This document shows positions 5,548 to 15,206 of a stretch of 25,534 nucleotides of DNA, piece after piece. Where the stretch lies: IMG/VR virus record IMGVR_UViG_3300012953_000200, positions 1 through 25,534 of that record. The stretch is one strand, 5' to 3'. The stretch comes from a virus (taxonomy: Duplodnaviria > Caudoviricetes). A model generated the notes under the pieces. That model ran no database searches. It worked only from the letters and a program-made list of their open reading frames with translations, and had not been told where the DNA came from. How positions within the stretch are numbered: the stretch's first letter is position 1; each line of letters opens with the position of its first letter. The translations under genes were made by a program, and so were the position numbers.

Positions 5548-8500
5548 TAAAGACTGCAAATAAGATCTCATTTTTAATTGAGTCTCAATTACCAGATTTC
5601 ATAAACGAAGAGTATGAACTTTTTAGTAAGTTCATACAAAAGTATTATGAGCAATTAGAGATTCAAGGACAACCTTTGGATATTATTAGTAATATTCAAA
5701 ATTATCGTGATATTGATTTTTATGAAAATGATATATTAAAGCAGTCAACTACACTGGTTGGAGTACTTAGTGATGCAGACCCTGTTATAACAGTAGATGA
5801 TGCTACTTCATTCCCAGAGAACGGTGGGTATATTAAAATAGATGATGAGATATGTTTCTATGCTAGTAGAACAGAAACACAGTTTTTAGATGTAAGTCGT
5901 GGTGTAAGTGGTAATACGACTTTAGGAGATTTATATACTAAGAGTAATTTTGTAACAACACAATCTTCTACTCATTTAAATGGTAGTACTGTACAAAATA
6001 TTAGTAATTTATTTTTATATGCTCTTGTAAAGAGTTTTGAAAAGCAATATCTTGCAGATTTTCCAGAAGCATATTTAAAAGAAGAAGTTGATAAAAGAAC
6101 ATTAATAAAGAATATAACTAATTTTTATCAGTCAAAGGGTACTGATAATTCAATTAAATTCTTATTTAAATGTTTAATTAAAGATGATCCCAATCCATCT
6201 ATCTTATATCCTAGAGATTTTACAGTTAAATCTTCTGATTCTAACTGGATTAATAACTATTCTTTAAAAGTAAAAATTGTAAGTGGTAATCCTATTGATT
6301 TAATAGGTAATAGAATTGTTCAAACTACTGGTACATATGCTTCTGCTGTAGTTGATAATGTTAGATATACTGGAAAATATGATGGTGATGAATTATATGA
6401 AATAATTCTTGCAGAAGAATCTGTAAATGGATATTTTAGTATTTCAAATAAAACAAGGTTGACAAAGGATGTTACATCTTTAGATACTATTGGTAGTAGA
6501 GTTAATGTATTTTCTACTCTTGGTTGGGATAAGGAAGGACAATTTTTTATAGGTGGAGAAACATTTTCATATAAAGAGAAGAATGTAAATCAATTTGTTA
6601 TATCGGATAGAACTGCTAATGGTGTTTATCCTATAGGTTCTACAGTAACTTATGGACATACTGTATCTGGTTCTAATGTAACTGTATTGGTTTATGGTAT
6701 TCTTTATGGTGTTGAAAATAATGAGAGTGTTCCTTACTCAAATGCTGGTGATACGATTGATATTTCAGAACCAGGGTTTACTACTGATGATATAAGAATT
6801 TTTGATGATCAAAATAATATTAGGTGGGAATTGTATGGCATTTCACCTGCTGTTCCTGGATTAAATTCTAATGTCTCGGCAATATTTGAAGATGTTGATT
6901 CTTATTATATTGCATCTTCTGGTTGGCCTTCTCATGTTATAGGAACAGGTATATCAACTGATGGAACTGATCAAAAGAATTTAAAGATTATTAGGAAGAG
7001 ACCTATTTCTACAACTGAGTCTTATGAGACTAAGTATAGAGATATTGGTATTGCTACTAATGGTATTCCATTTTTAAGTTATAAGGATGAAGATGTTGTT
7101 TATAGTGGTCCTATTGAAAGCATCTCTATAATTAATAGGGGTACTGGGTATAACAATTCTCCTTTTGTATTGGTAAATAATACTCCAAATATAGCACGTT
7201 CAAAACTTGCTGGTCAGGTTGTTGAATCAGTAATTGTTGATGTTCCTGGTGAGTACGATACTATACCAACAGTAGATATTGTATCTGGTAGAAATGCTAA
7301 AGCAAGTGCTGTTGTTACTAATGGAGAAATAACAAGTCTTATTATTGATGATCCTGGTGAGTACTATTCACACCCACCACAAATTAGAATAGCAGATAAA
7401 GTAGGTAAGGGTAGATATGCAAATTATGTTGCAGAGGTCTCAACTTCTGGACAGATTACTGGATTTACGAAAATAACTGGTGGAAATCTTTATACACACG
7501 GCAATGTTGTTGTTGATATAATTCCAGATGGATCTGGTGCTACTGGAACTGCATCTATAAAAGAATGGAGAAAAGATAGGTATTATAAGCATAATATTAC
7601 AAATTCAAATCTAGACTTTGATAATGGATATAAGTTTTATAATATTATTCCTTCCAAGGGACATGGATATGCTTATTATGCTTCTCCTTCTACGTTAAGA
7701 GCAAATGATAATGGAGGATCTCATTCATCTATTCTCGGATTTGCATACGATGGAAATCCTATCTATGGTGCTTATGGGTATTATGAACCATTAGATTCAA
7801 CTAGTGCTATTTCCCAGATGTCATCTAGTTACTCTTTGAATACAGCAAGAGTAGGTGGACCAGCAGAGGATTCTTCAAATCCATTAGGTTCTTTTATTAA
7901 TGATTATACTTATATTCCTGGATACGGAACATTAGATGAAAATAATGGACGTTTTTGTGTTACACCAGAATTTCCTGATGGTACTTATGCATATTTTGTT
8001 ACTGTTAATAGTTCTAATGAACCAGTATTTCCATATATCATCGGAAAGAATTATTATTCTATACCAGTAGATTCTAATTATAATTCAGAGATATCTCAAG
8101 ATGATATACCAAATACAGCTTTAAGATTGAGAACAGGTGGTATTGATAAGAATGGAGATTTAACTACTGCTCAAATTGCTGAAGTAACTAGAGGAACTGT
8201 ATCATCTGCTACAATTGTTAGTAGTGGAAATAATTTTTCTGTTGGTAACGAATTAGTTATTGATAACAGTGATACTGGTGGATCTGGTGCTGTTGGTGAG
8301 GTTTCTTCTGTTAAGGGGAGTAGTGTTGTATCATTAGATTCCCAGTCCTCTAAGGTTCTTTATTTTGATCTTAGTAATATTGGATACCTTTTTGCTGGAG
8401 ACACCATTACACAAGCAAATACTGGTGCTACAGGAACTTTAATTGGTGATGTTATATCTGCTAAGACGTTTGTTTTAAAGAATGTAACAGGAACATTTAA

Positions 8501-11500
8501 TAGTACAGATGTACTATCTTCAAATACAGAAGTTATTTCTTTAATATTAGATAAGAGTTCTTCTTATACTAAAGGATCTATATTAGTATTAGAAGATGGT
8601 ATAGCTGTTGAACCTGTTGCTAAAGGAGAAGTTTTAGAATCAACAACAAATCAAAATAGTGTAAAAGTAAAAGTTACAAAAACAGGTTTCGTTCCTTCAA
8701 CTACTTTATTCTTATCAAGTGAAAATTTAAATGATACTACTGGATCTAAGATTTTCTCTATTACACCATTAAGTTCAAATCTTTCAATATTTGAAATAAC
8801 TGATAATGTAGCTTTAATTACTACTTCAGTACCACATAATGTTAATGTTGGAGCAGATATTGACGTTGATATAAATCCAGATGATAATACAACAACAACT
8901 AATTATTTTGTAAGAAGTAGAATATATCAAGAAGTAACCCTTAAAAACCTAGTCATATCAAGGGTTCTCAGCGATACAGGAATTGGACGAATTGAGATTC
9001 TGAACAGTGGTGCAAATTATACAAATGATGTTTATGATGATATCGCATTATCTGGTGGAACAGGTAATGGTGCTAAAGCAAAAATCACAGTTGAGAACAA
9101 TCTTGTAACAAAAGTAGAGATAACTGAAAAAGGTACTGGTTATAATAAATTTGATCTTCTTACTGTAGGAGATACAGCTTTAGGTAAGACTGACACAAGT
9201 GAACCAAGGATAGCAGTCCGTGTTGATCATGTTGGTTTCTCATCTGAAAATTCCAAATTACATCTTGATAGTTCTTTAGATATAAAAATTAATGATCATC
9301 TTATAATAGGTGATGAAATTGTCAAGGTAGAAGGTATTGTAGACAATACTGTTATAGTTCAAAGAGGATCTAATAAGGTAGATCATTTTGACGGTGCTGT
9401 TGTTGCAGTACATGATCCAGGATATAATCTTTCTAATGGATACAGAATCAATAGTACTGGGGTTGTTACCGAAGATTCTAATAATGCAATTGTGTTATCA
9501 TATGATTCAGTAACACAAAAAGTAGTATTTGTTTATGATTATAATCAATCATTGACTAGTATTGATTCTTTATCATTAACATCAGTATTTTTTGATGAGA
9601 GTTCTCCAAAATCTAGACTGGTAGAGATTGAAAGTTATTCATCTCCACAGATATATTTTGAGTTTTCCACAGATGGATCTACATTTACTAGAAACCCTAT
9701 AATTAATATTAAGAAATATTACAAATATAACTTTGATGTTACTCATTCATCAATGACTGGTAAGAAGTTTAATATCTCTCCTAGTATTAATTTTAATATA
9801 GTTACTCCTGAATTGTTAAAGGTTCCACCTTTAATTGATCTTAAATTAGGATTTGGAGCAAGAACAGATTCCAATACTTATGCAAATAAGGAAGAAGTAT
9901 ATTATTCAAAATACTATTATTTTGATGAAAATAGTATAGTTTCTAGTGAAGGATCTTATTTTAATGTAGTTGAAGATCCATTACAAGGATCTAAGAAATC
10001 TTTATATACAACATCTATAGATATAGTATATTCAACTGGTATAAAAGCATCTCATGATGGTAGTGGATCTATTTCATATAATACCAAATCACCATTTGCT
10101 ATTGGTGAAATAGCATCTGTTAATATAGTTAATATTGGTATTGATTATAGTAAGATACCAGTAGTAACAGGAATTTATGATAATGATGGTTTTGTTGATA
10201 AAACTGTAGAGTGTTATTTAAATAGTAATGATATTGGTGTTCCAACTAGTATCAAGATCTTTAATAATGGTGGATTATATCATAATGATTTTTCATTACA
10301 ATCTACCTTTAGATCTAACTATGTTCTTATATTATCTGGATTTAATAAAGATGCTTTTGGTGTTGGTGAAACAGTAATACAGAAATCTGGATCAGTTGAA
10401 ACTGCAAGGGCAAAAGTTACTTCTTGGAGAGAAGGATCTAATATATTACTTATTGATAATGTTACAGGTGTTTTCAAAAAAGGATTACCTATTATTGGAC
10501 TTGCCAATAGAAATATTGCCACATTAGATGATATTAAGTTTACTAGTTTTAAACCTAATATTAAAACTTATTTTGATAACTTAGGTTATTATGGCTCTGA
10601 TTATGGTAAGATTAGTGATTCCAATCAGAAGATTCATGATTCATACTATTATCAAGATTATTCTTATTTGATTAAATCAAAGACTCCTGTTGATAATTGG
10701 AGATCTTTAATTAAAGAAACTACTCATCCAGCTGGATTCCAATTATTTGGTGAAGTATTAATTGAATCATCTGGTCAAAATAGAATGCCAGGAAACACTA
10801 GTGTTAGTAGAGTTAGTGTTATACAAGCATGGAATCCAGAAAAGAATAAGATTACAGTACAGAGTACTAAGAAACAGATTACTCAAAATATTGTACTGAT
10901 GAAGAACCTTAATGTTGAGAAGGGTGTTGGTTCTGCATCTCTTGATACAGCAAGTCTTTCTGAGATTAGTGCTGGTAATTTATTCTTAGATTCTCCTTTT
11001 AATGGATCTCTTACAAATAAAGGTAATTTAGAAGGTAGAACAACATTCACATTAAAAGATATTAACGGTCATGTAGTAAAGCCATACAATGAACAGTCAT
11101 TGATTATTACTTTAGATGGTATATTACAAGAACCTGGTGTTTCTTATACTATTTCTGGAGATCAAATTACTTTTGCTCAACCTCCATTAGGACCATCTGT
11201 TAAGAATGAGCAAGATATTCCTGGTGTTACATTCTATGGTAAATTATTTGAGTTTAAGAAAGATAGTTTAAATCAGAGATATCTTAAGAAAATTAGAAAT
11301 ATCTTCCAAAGAACTGGAACTTGGATAGATGCTGCTAACCAGCTTGAGATGAATAGAAGATTTATTCAAGAAGAAACACTTGGATATATTAAGAATAAGT
11401 ATCCAGTATTGTCATGGGGATCTTTAGAATCTAAGTGTATACGAGATATAGGATTGTTTATTGATGCTATAGCACATGATTTGAGATTTGGAGGAAATGA

Positions 11501-14500
11501 AAAGACTATTATTGCTGCCGAATCTTATTTTACTAATGATACTCTTACATCTTTAATAGGTGATGCAGTTTTAGTTGATCCTAGTAAACCTAATGGAGAT
11601 AAGATTTCTGAGTTGGAGGCAACTATAGAAGCATTCAGTTACATGAATCGTCTTGCTAAGTTAGCAATGAGGAACTGGGATTATATTGATCGTCAGGTTT
11701 CTTGGACTCCTGGTACTAACCAAGTTACTATTAGTGACACAAATAATATTGCTTTGGGTATGAGAGTTAGTGCTGGTAGGGCATTTCCTAAAGAAGCAAG
11801 AGTTATTCAAATTGTTGATGATAGAAATATCAGAATTGGAAGAAAATTATCTGATACAGAAGTAGAAAATATAAATTCTCTTCCTCTTGCAGAGACATCA
11901 GTAAATATCATTTCTGATAATACTACTCTTGATGATAATACAAATACAGTTAGTTCTATAACTCAGGTTGGGGAAGGTTTCTATCTTCGTATTGGATCAT
12001 CAATTTATTATGCTTTAACACCAGCTGATTCTGCTCTTCCTTCAGATAATGCTCAAATGATATTCTCATTTAGTCCTCTTAATGATGGTACTTATTATGA
12101 TGCTTCGTTGTTAATTGAAAGGAACAAGTCTGATATTATTGCTTCTGCTATTGCTGCTGTTGATGCTAAGTATCCATCACATGCTGTTACAGGATATACT
12201 GCTAAATGTGAAAGAGATTTGGGATATCTAATTGATGCTGTTAATTACTCATTAAGATATGGTGGAAATGAGAAGATAATTCACTTTGCAAGAAGTTTCT
12301 TTGTTGGAAATGATATGACTCACTTGTATGGTGAGTTACCAGAAGCTTTATATGCTTTCCATCAAGCAAGAGATTTGATGATAAAGGCAATGAGAAATCA
12401 AGGTGCTGTTACTGATAGTTCAATTCGTATTGATAATCAAGTACCTTTATGTGCTCAAATTGAAAGTGCAATAGCAACGTATGTTTCTAGTGCTGAAGTT
12501 ATACTTGAGAGAGGAGTTAATGCTGTTGAATTAATAAGACAGAATAATAATGACAGTGGATATTGGTCAAATACACAGTCTTATACGAATATTAATATAC
12601 TACCAGATCCACAATTAGTTAATGGTGTACTGAAAGAATGTGAAGATGTTTCTTCTGCATTAGATTCTTTATATGAGAATGTTAGGCAAACATTAAATAC
12701 AGGAGTTGGAACTTCATCTATATCCAAACCAGATTACATCAATAACGAAAATAATATATTTGAATTATATTATACTGATGGAACTGCTGTTGATACTGAA
12801 GTCAATGAAGATCTATTTGTAGCATTAAGTGGAGTTTTACAACATACAACCTCTTATTATATTGATAGAACTACCGTACCAAATAAGATTGTTTTTGATG
12901 CCCCACCTATTTGGGGTCAGAATGAAAATACAAAAACAGTTTATGAACCATTAGCTGTTGAAAAATTCTTTGCTCATGGAGTAGGTGCTTATCTTAGATG
13001 TACTATTAATACTAATGACACTAAGGGATCTAACGGTCCATTTTTAATCCTTGATTCTAAAGATCAATCTAAGATAATTAGTGCTCCAGAATTTGCGTTA
13101 GTCTTTATTGATGGTGTATTACAAAGAGAAAAAAATTCTTATATTATAAATGGACCTACTATTACTTTTAATAGAAACATTTATAGAGGTAATAATGTTG
13201 AAATGATTGTTCTCTATGGAAGAGATTTAGATTCTTCTATTAGTCTTTATGATTTTGAGTCTAATGAGTATTATAATGAGATTCTGTTAACTTGTGATGC
13301 TGGATCTGCTAATGATTTTGCTGCTTGGAAGAAGTGGTTTGGTTTATCACATGATGATCATCAAGTAGCATATCAAAAGATAAATGGAAAGAAAGTTTTC
13401 ATAGGTAATGTAAAGACATACACTACAACCAATCAAAAATTAATTATTAATCTATCTGGTAATAATCCTGCAATGGATGGATCATCAGTATTTTTCTCTG
13501 GTACAGATAATTTCTTTGGTGCTGAAGATTTCAATGATGAGTATGAATTAACAGGAACAACTAATACAATTTCTGTAGTAAGAAATAGTTATAACGATTA
13601 TAGAATGCAGAGAAACTCTGCTAGATGGTTGTATGGATCTAAGAAAGCAGATAACTCTTTCTATGAAAAACATAGAGGTAGTGCTAATTTAATTGCTGGA
13701 GATTCTATTAGAATACATGGTGAAGATGATTATAGAACTATAAAAGAACTTCCTCAGTATGTAAGTCCCAAAACTTATAATGCTGGTGAGGAAGTATCAA
13801 ATAATTTCTTTGGATCTTGTTTTACTACAGATTATATTGGTAACAGAAGAGGAGAAGGTCTTTCAGTCACCTGTCAAGTGACTAATGGTGAAGTATCTTC
13901 TATTACTTGGAATAAGACTACTTATAATGCACAGAATCAAGTTGAAAAACGTAGTGATGCCAAGGGTTACGATACTACACCAATATTACATTTCATTCCT
14001 ATAGATCAGAAAGGAGGTGGAGCAAGAGCAGAGGTTATTGTAACTGATGGTGAGATAGTTGATATAGTATTAACAAATTCTGGTTCTGGTTATACTACTG
14101 CTCCAGCAGTTGTTACTGCGAGACAATATGATATTATTAAACAACGTGGAAGAAAGATTGATAGTCTAATTAATATCAAGGTAGAAACTGAATTACTATA
14201 CAATACGTTCCCAGGAACGATTATTCCTGTTGATATTACTCCTATTAGAGGAACTGATCCTGTTTCTCCAATTCCACTTGATCCAAACCTTCCTGGTGAT
14301 AAAGATCCAGATGGATATGTACGTTCTTCATTAGCTTCTTCTAATCATATTCAAATTACTGAATTTATCAATAGAAGATTGGATGTACCTTCTCCTGATG
14401 GAAAAACACTTGAAGTTAATAGGTATTTCCCAACAGTAGTTGATTCTGTAAGACTTCCAGATATATCACATACATCACAAGGAACAAGTATTTTAGAACT

Positions 14501-15155
14501 TGGTGCTTATGATGCACGTATGTTTAAACCTTTTGTTTGGATAACCACGAAGGGTATTATAACAGTACCACCTGGTCCTGGACCTGGTCCTGGACCTGGT
14601 TTTCCTCCTGGGTATCCAGGAAATCCTGATGAAAAAGTTTATACATATCAATTAGGATTCGTTGATCATCGTGGATTTGTAAAACCACCTCGTTTAGAGA
14701 ACATGACAATGAGACCTTCATTCTTCCAGTGGGAGGGTGCTAAATTCATGAGTACAGGAGATATTTTATCTCCAGCAGGTCATTCCGTATCTGAATATAC
14801 TATTGAAGAATTTGATAGATATGGTTTTAATCTATTACAATTTTCCGCAAACGCTTACTCTGGTTGGGCAGATGATGGATATTCGTTTAATATAGGTTAT
14901 CCAACTATTAATAACTACTTAAGTCAAGTGGAAGTTGATAATCTACCATCTGAATTTCAGGGTGGATTCGTTAGAAATGGTGGTGTAATCTATGCTAGTA
15001 CTAGGTTATTCCCTTCTTCTGGAGTTATTTCCATTGGAAAAGAAAAAATATATTATAGTAATAAATTAAGTGATCGTTTCTTAGGATGCCAAAGAGGATT
15101 TGCTGGTTCCATTATAGAAGAGCATCCTGTAGGATCTTATCTAAGAAACGCCTAA
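5544..15155 (+). CDS. gp7: Baseplate wedge initiator gp7-like giant multidomain protein (3203 aa)
   Basis: GTG start overlapping the gp6 stop. N-terminal IESQLPDFI and FYQSKGTDNSIKFLFK; gp7 core DSYYYQDYSYLIKS...HPAGFQLFGEV near 10605-10757; position between gp6 and gp8. It carries a YHYH-like domain and many repeated modules. Confidence 0.88.
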   Translation: MIKTANKISFLIESQLPDFINEEYELFSKFIQKYYEQLEIQGQPLDIISNIQNYRDIDFYENDILKQSTTLVGVLSDADPVITVDDATSFPENGGYIKIDDEICFYASRTETQFLDVSRGVSGNTTLGDLYTKSNFVTTQSSTHLNGSTVQNISNLFLYALVKSFEKQYLADFPEAYLKEEVDKRTLIKNITNFYQSKGTDNSIKFLFKCLIKDDPNPSILYPRDFTVKSSDSNWINNYSLKVKIVSGNPIDLIGNRIVQTTGTYASAVVDNVRYTGKYDGDELYEIILAEESVNGYFSISNKTRLTKDVTSLDTIGSRVNVFSTLGWDKEGQFFIGGETFSYKEKNVNQFVISDRTANGVYPIGSTVTYGHTVSGSNVTVLVYGILYGVENNESVPYSNAGDTIDISEPGFTTDDIRIFDDQNNIRWELYGISPAVPGLNSNVSAIFEDVDSYYIASSGWPSHVIGTGISTDGTDQKNLKIIRKRPISTTESYETKYRDIGIATNGIPFLSYKDEDVVYSGPIESISIINRGTGYNNSPFVLVNNTPNIARSKLAGQVVESVIVDVPGEYDTIPTVDIVSGRNAKASAVVTNGEITSLIIDDPGEYYSHPPQIRIADKVGKGRYANYVAEVSTSGQITGFTKITGGNLYTHGNVVVDIIPDGSGATGTASIKEWRKDRYYKHNITNSNLDFDNGYKFYNIIPSKGHGYAYYASPSTLRANDNGGSHSSILGFAYDGNPIYGAYGYYEPLDSTSAISQMSSSYSLNTARVGGPAEDSSNPLGSFINDYTYIPGYGTLDENNGRFCVTPEFPDGTYAYFVTVNSSNEPVFPYIIGKNYYSIPVDSNYNSEISQDDIPNTALRLRTGGIDKNGDLTTAQIAEVTRGTVSSATIVSSGNNFSVGNELVIDNSDTGGSGAVGEVSSVKGSSVVSLDSQSSKVLYFDLSNIGYLFAGDTITQANTGATGTLIGDVISAKTFVLKNVTGTFNSTDVLSSNTEVISLILDKSSSYTKGSILVLEDGIAVEPVAKGEVLESTTNQNSVKVKVTKTGFVPSTTLFLSSENLNDTTGSKIFSITPLSSNLSIFEITDNVALITTSVPHNVNVGADIDVDINPDDNTTTTNYFVRSRIYQEVTLKNLVISRVLSDTGIGRIEILNSGANYTNDVYDDIALSGGTGNGAKAKITVENNLVTKVEITEKGTGYNKFDLLTVGDTALGKTDTSEPRIAVRVDHVGFSSENSKLHLDSSLDIKINDHLIIGDEIVKVEGIVDNTVIVQRGSNKVDHFDGAVVAVHDPGYNLSNGYRINSTGVVTEDSNNAIVLSYDSVTQKVVFVYDYNQSLTSIDSLSLTSVFFDESSPKSRLVEIESYSSPQIYFEFSTDGSTFTRNPIINIKKYYKYNFDVTHSSMTGKKFNISPSINFNIVTPELLKVPPLIDLKLGFGARTDSNTYANKEEVYYSKYYYFDENSIVSSEGSYFNVVEDPLQGSKKSLYTTSIDIVYSTGIKASHDGSGSISYNTKSPFAIGEIASVNIVNIGIDYSKIPVVTGIYDNDGFVDKTVECYLNSNDIGVPTSIKIFNNGGLYHNDFSLQSTFRSNYVLILSGFNKDAFGVGETVIQKSGSVETARAKVTSWREGSNILLIDNVTGVFKKGLPIIGLANRNIATLDDIKFTSFKPNIKTYFDNLGYYGSDYGKISDSNQKIHDSYYYQDYSYLIKSKTPVDNWRSLIKETTHPAGFQLFGEVLIESSGQNRMPGNTSVSRVSVIQAWNPEKNKITVQSTKKQITQNIVLMKNLNVEKGVGSASLDTASLSEISAGNLFLDSPFNGSLTNKGNLEGRTTFTLKDINGHVVKPYNEQSLIITLDGILQEPGVSYTISGDQITFAQPPLGPSVKNEQDIPGVTFYGKLFEFKKDSLNQRYLKKIRNIFQRTGTWIDAANQLEMNRRFIQEETLGYIKNKYPVLSWGSLESKCIRDIGLFIDAIAHDLRFGGNEKTIIAAESYFTNDTLTSLIGDAVLVDPSKPNGDKISELEATIEAFSYMNRLAKLAMRNWDYIDRQVSWTPGTNQVTISDTNNIALGMRVSAGRAFPKEARVIQIVDDRNIRIGRKLSDTEVENINSLPLAETSVNIISDNTTLDDNTNTVSSITQVGEGFYLRIGSSIYYALTPADSALPSDNAQMIFSFSPLNDGTYYDASLLIERNKSDIIASAIAAVDAKYPSHAVTGYTAKCERDLGYLIDAVNYSLRYGGNEKIIHFARSFFVGNDMTHLYGELPEALYAFHQARDLMIKAMRNQGAVTDSSIRIDNQVPLCAQIESAIATYVSSAEVILERGVNAVELIRQNNNDSGYWSNTQSYTNINILPDPQLVNGVLKECEDVSSALDSLYENVRQTLNTGVGTSSISKPDYINNENNIFELYYTDGTAVDTEVNEDLFVALSGVLQHTTSYYIDRTTVPNKIVFDAPPIWGQNENTKTVYEPLAVEKFFAHGVGAYLRCTINTNDTKGSNGPFLILDSKDQSKIISAPEFALVFIDGVLQREKNSYIINGPTITFNRNIYRGNNVEMIVLYGRDLDSSISLYDFESNEYYNEILLTCDAGSANDFAAWKKWFGLSHDDHQVAYQKINGKKVFIGNVKTYTTTNQKLIINLSGNNPAMDGSSVFFSGTDNFFGAEDFNDEYELTGTTNTISVVRNSYNDYRMQRNSARWLYGSKKADNSFYEKHRGSANLIAGDSIRIHGEDDYRTIKELPQYVSPKTYNAGEEVSNNFFGSCFTTDYIGNRRGEGLSVTCQVTNGEVSSITWNKTTYNAQNQVEKRSDAKGYDTTPILHFIPIDQKGGGARAEVIVTDGEIVDIVLTNSGSGYTTAPAVVTARQYDIIKQRGRKIDSLINIKVETELLYNTFPGTIIPVDITPIRGTDPVSPIPLDPNLPGDKDPDGYVRSSLASSNHIQITEFINRRLDVPSPDGKTLEVNRYFPTVVDSVRLPDISHTSQGTSILELGAYDARMFKPFVWITTKGIITVPPGPGPGPGPGFPPGYPGNPDEKVYTYQLGFVDHRGFVKPPRLENMTMRPSFFQWEGAKFMSTGDILSPAGHSVSEYTIEEFDRYGFNLLQFSANAYSGWADDGYSFNIGYPTINNYLSQVEVDNLPSEFQGGFVRNGGVIYASTRLFPSSGVISIGKEKIYYSNKLSDRFLGCQRGFAGSIIEEHPVGSYLRNA
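14571..14600 (+). repeat. Tandem coding repeat (CCTGGTCCTGGA)x2.5 encoding (PG)5 in gp7
   Basis: CCTGGT CCTGGA CCTGGT CCTGGA CCTGGT within PPGPGPGPGPGFPPGYPGNP. Confidence 0.9.
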
Positions 15156-15163
15156 TTAAATCA

Positions 15164-15171
15164 TATAAATA
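15164..15171 (+). promoter_or_regulatory. T4-type late promoter for gp8
   Basis: Exact TATAAATA in the gp7-gp8 intergenic gap. Confidence 0.85.
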
Positions 15172-15206
15172 AACCAGATTCGTTTTAAACACAAGAGCTC
15201 AGTGCT

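Noticed and set aside
14568-14627. Collagen-like triple helix
   Set aside because: The periodicity is Pro-Gly (2 residues), not Gly-X-Y, and the tract is very short.
5544-15155. Intein or intron as the cause of the large gp7 size
   Set aside because: I saw no intein splice-junction motifs, LAGLIDADG blocks or frame interruption. Repeated structural modules explain the size.
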